From: an uncultured Planctomycetales bacterium
GTDB lineage: Bacteria; Omnitrophota; Gorgyraeia; Zapsychrales; CAZBRU01
Reading direction: 5' to 3'
Length of the DNA stretch: 53,178 nt
NCBI GenBank assembly: GCA_964515035.1
Contig: CAZEUO010000001.1
Location: 24,464-77,641, forward strand
Made by a program: the position numbers and the translations under genes. Shown piece after piece: positions 53,091-53,178 of this stretch. The stretch's first letter is position 1; every line of letters starts with the position of its first letter. The notes beneath the pieces were generated by a model. That model worked only from the letters and a program-made list of their open reading frames with translations, did not search any database and was not told where the DNA came from.

Positions 53091-53178
53091 ATGAGTAAGC
53101 TTAGGTGGTTAACGGGAGGGTTAGCGATTGTGGGTCTAGTTGTTTTCTTTCCAGCATCTAAGGCGTTGGCTGTAGATG
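53091..53178 (+). CDS. 5' end of a secreted protein gene (partial)
   Basis: AAGGGAGGG RBS. MSKLRWLTGGLAIVGLVVFFPASKALAVD signal peptide. Runs off the window. Confidence 0.4.
   Translation, partial: MSKLRWLTGGLAIVGLVVFFPASKALAVD

Overview
Compact, moderately AT-rich bacterial chromosomal window of about 53 kb. It holds roughly 60 protein genes, all but two on the + strand, many with 1-8 nt start/stop overlaps. I recognised no rRNA, tRNA, CRISPR array, transposase, integrase or reverse transcriptase. Contents in order: (1) small membrane and secreted proteins (0-2.1 kb). (2) A glycan/glycolipid-remodelling operon built from unusual domain fusions: GH1 beta-glucosidase, a GtrA-glycosidase fusion, an orphan AMP-binding_C/ACP/PlsC acyltransferase and a GT4-alpha/beta-hydrolase fusion (2.1-9.8 kb). 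(3) A hairpin-bracketed three-gene module: DUF4143 AAA ATPase, DUF45 metallohydrolase and an atypical Zn-ribbon SDR (11.0-14.4 kb). (4) Housekeeping genes: uup, an RRM protein with a KPWKK-repeat tail, SPFH, trxA, panD, def, lipA, greA, rlmB, dCMP deaminase and a Cys/Met PLP enzyme. (5) An Mla-type lipid ABC transporter with an embedded lipoprotein gene. (6) A nucleotide-sugar / polyprenyl-phosphate-sugar module: WbpB-like, WbpD-like and a Ppm/GtrB-like GT2. (7) An ECF sigma / anti-sigma / DUF3106 cluster. The most striking theme is four paralogous TMTC-like GT-C-fold membrane glycosyltransferases with C-terminal TPR arrays, plus a fifth GT-C-like protein on the - strand. Two of the four are interleaved gene by gene with a complete phosphorelay (hybrid histidine kinase, Hpt, output-less REC-REC regulator); this is my best candidate for an undescribed system. 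Two GC-rich, highly self-complementary intergenic elements (25.9-26.2 kb and 32.7-32.9 kb) are not explained by any coding feature. All calls rest on by-eye motif recognition; no searches or folding were run.
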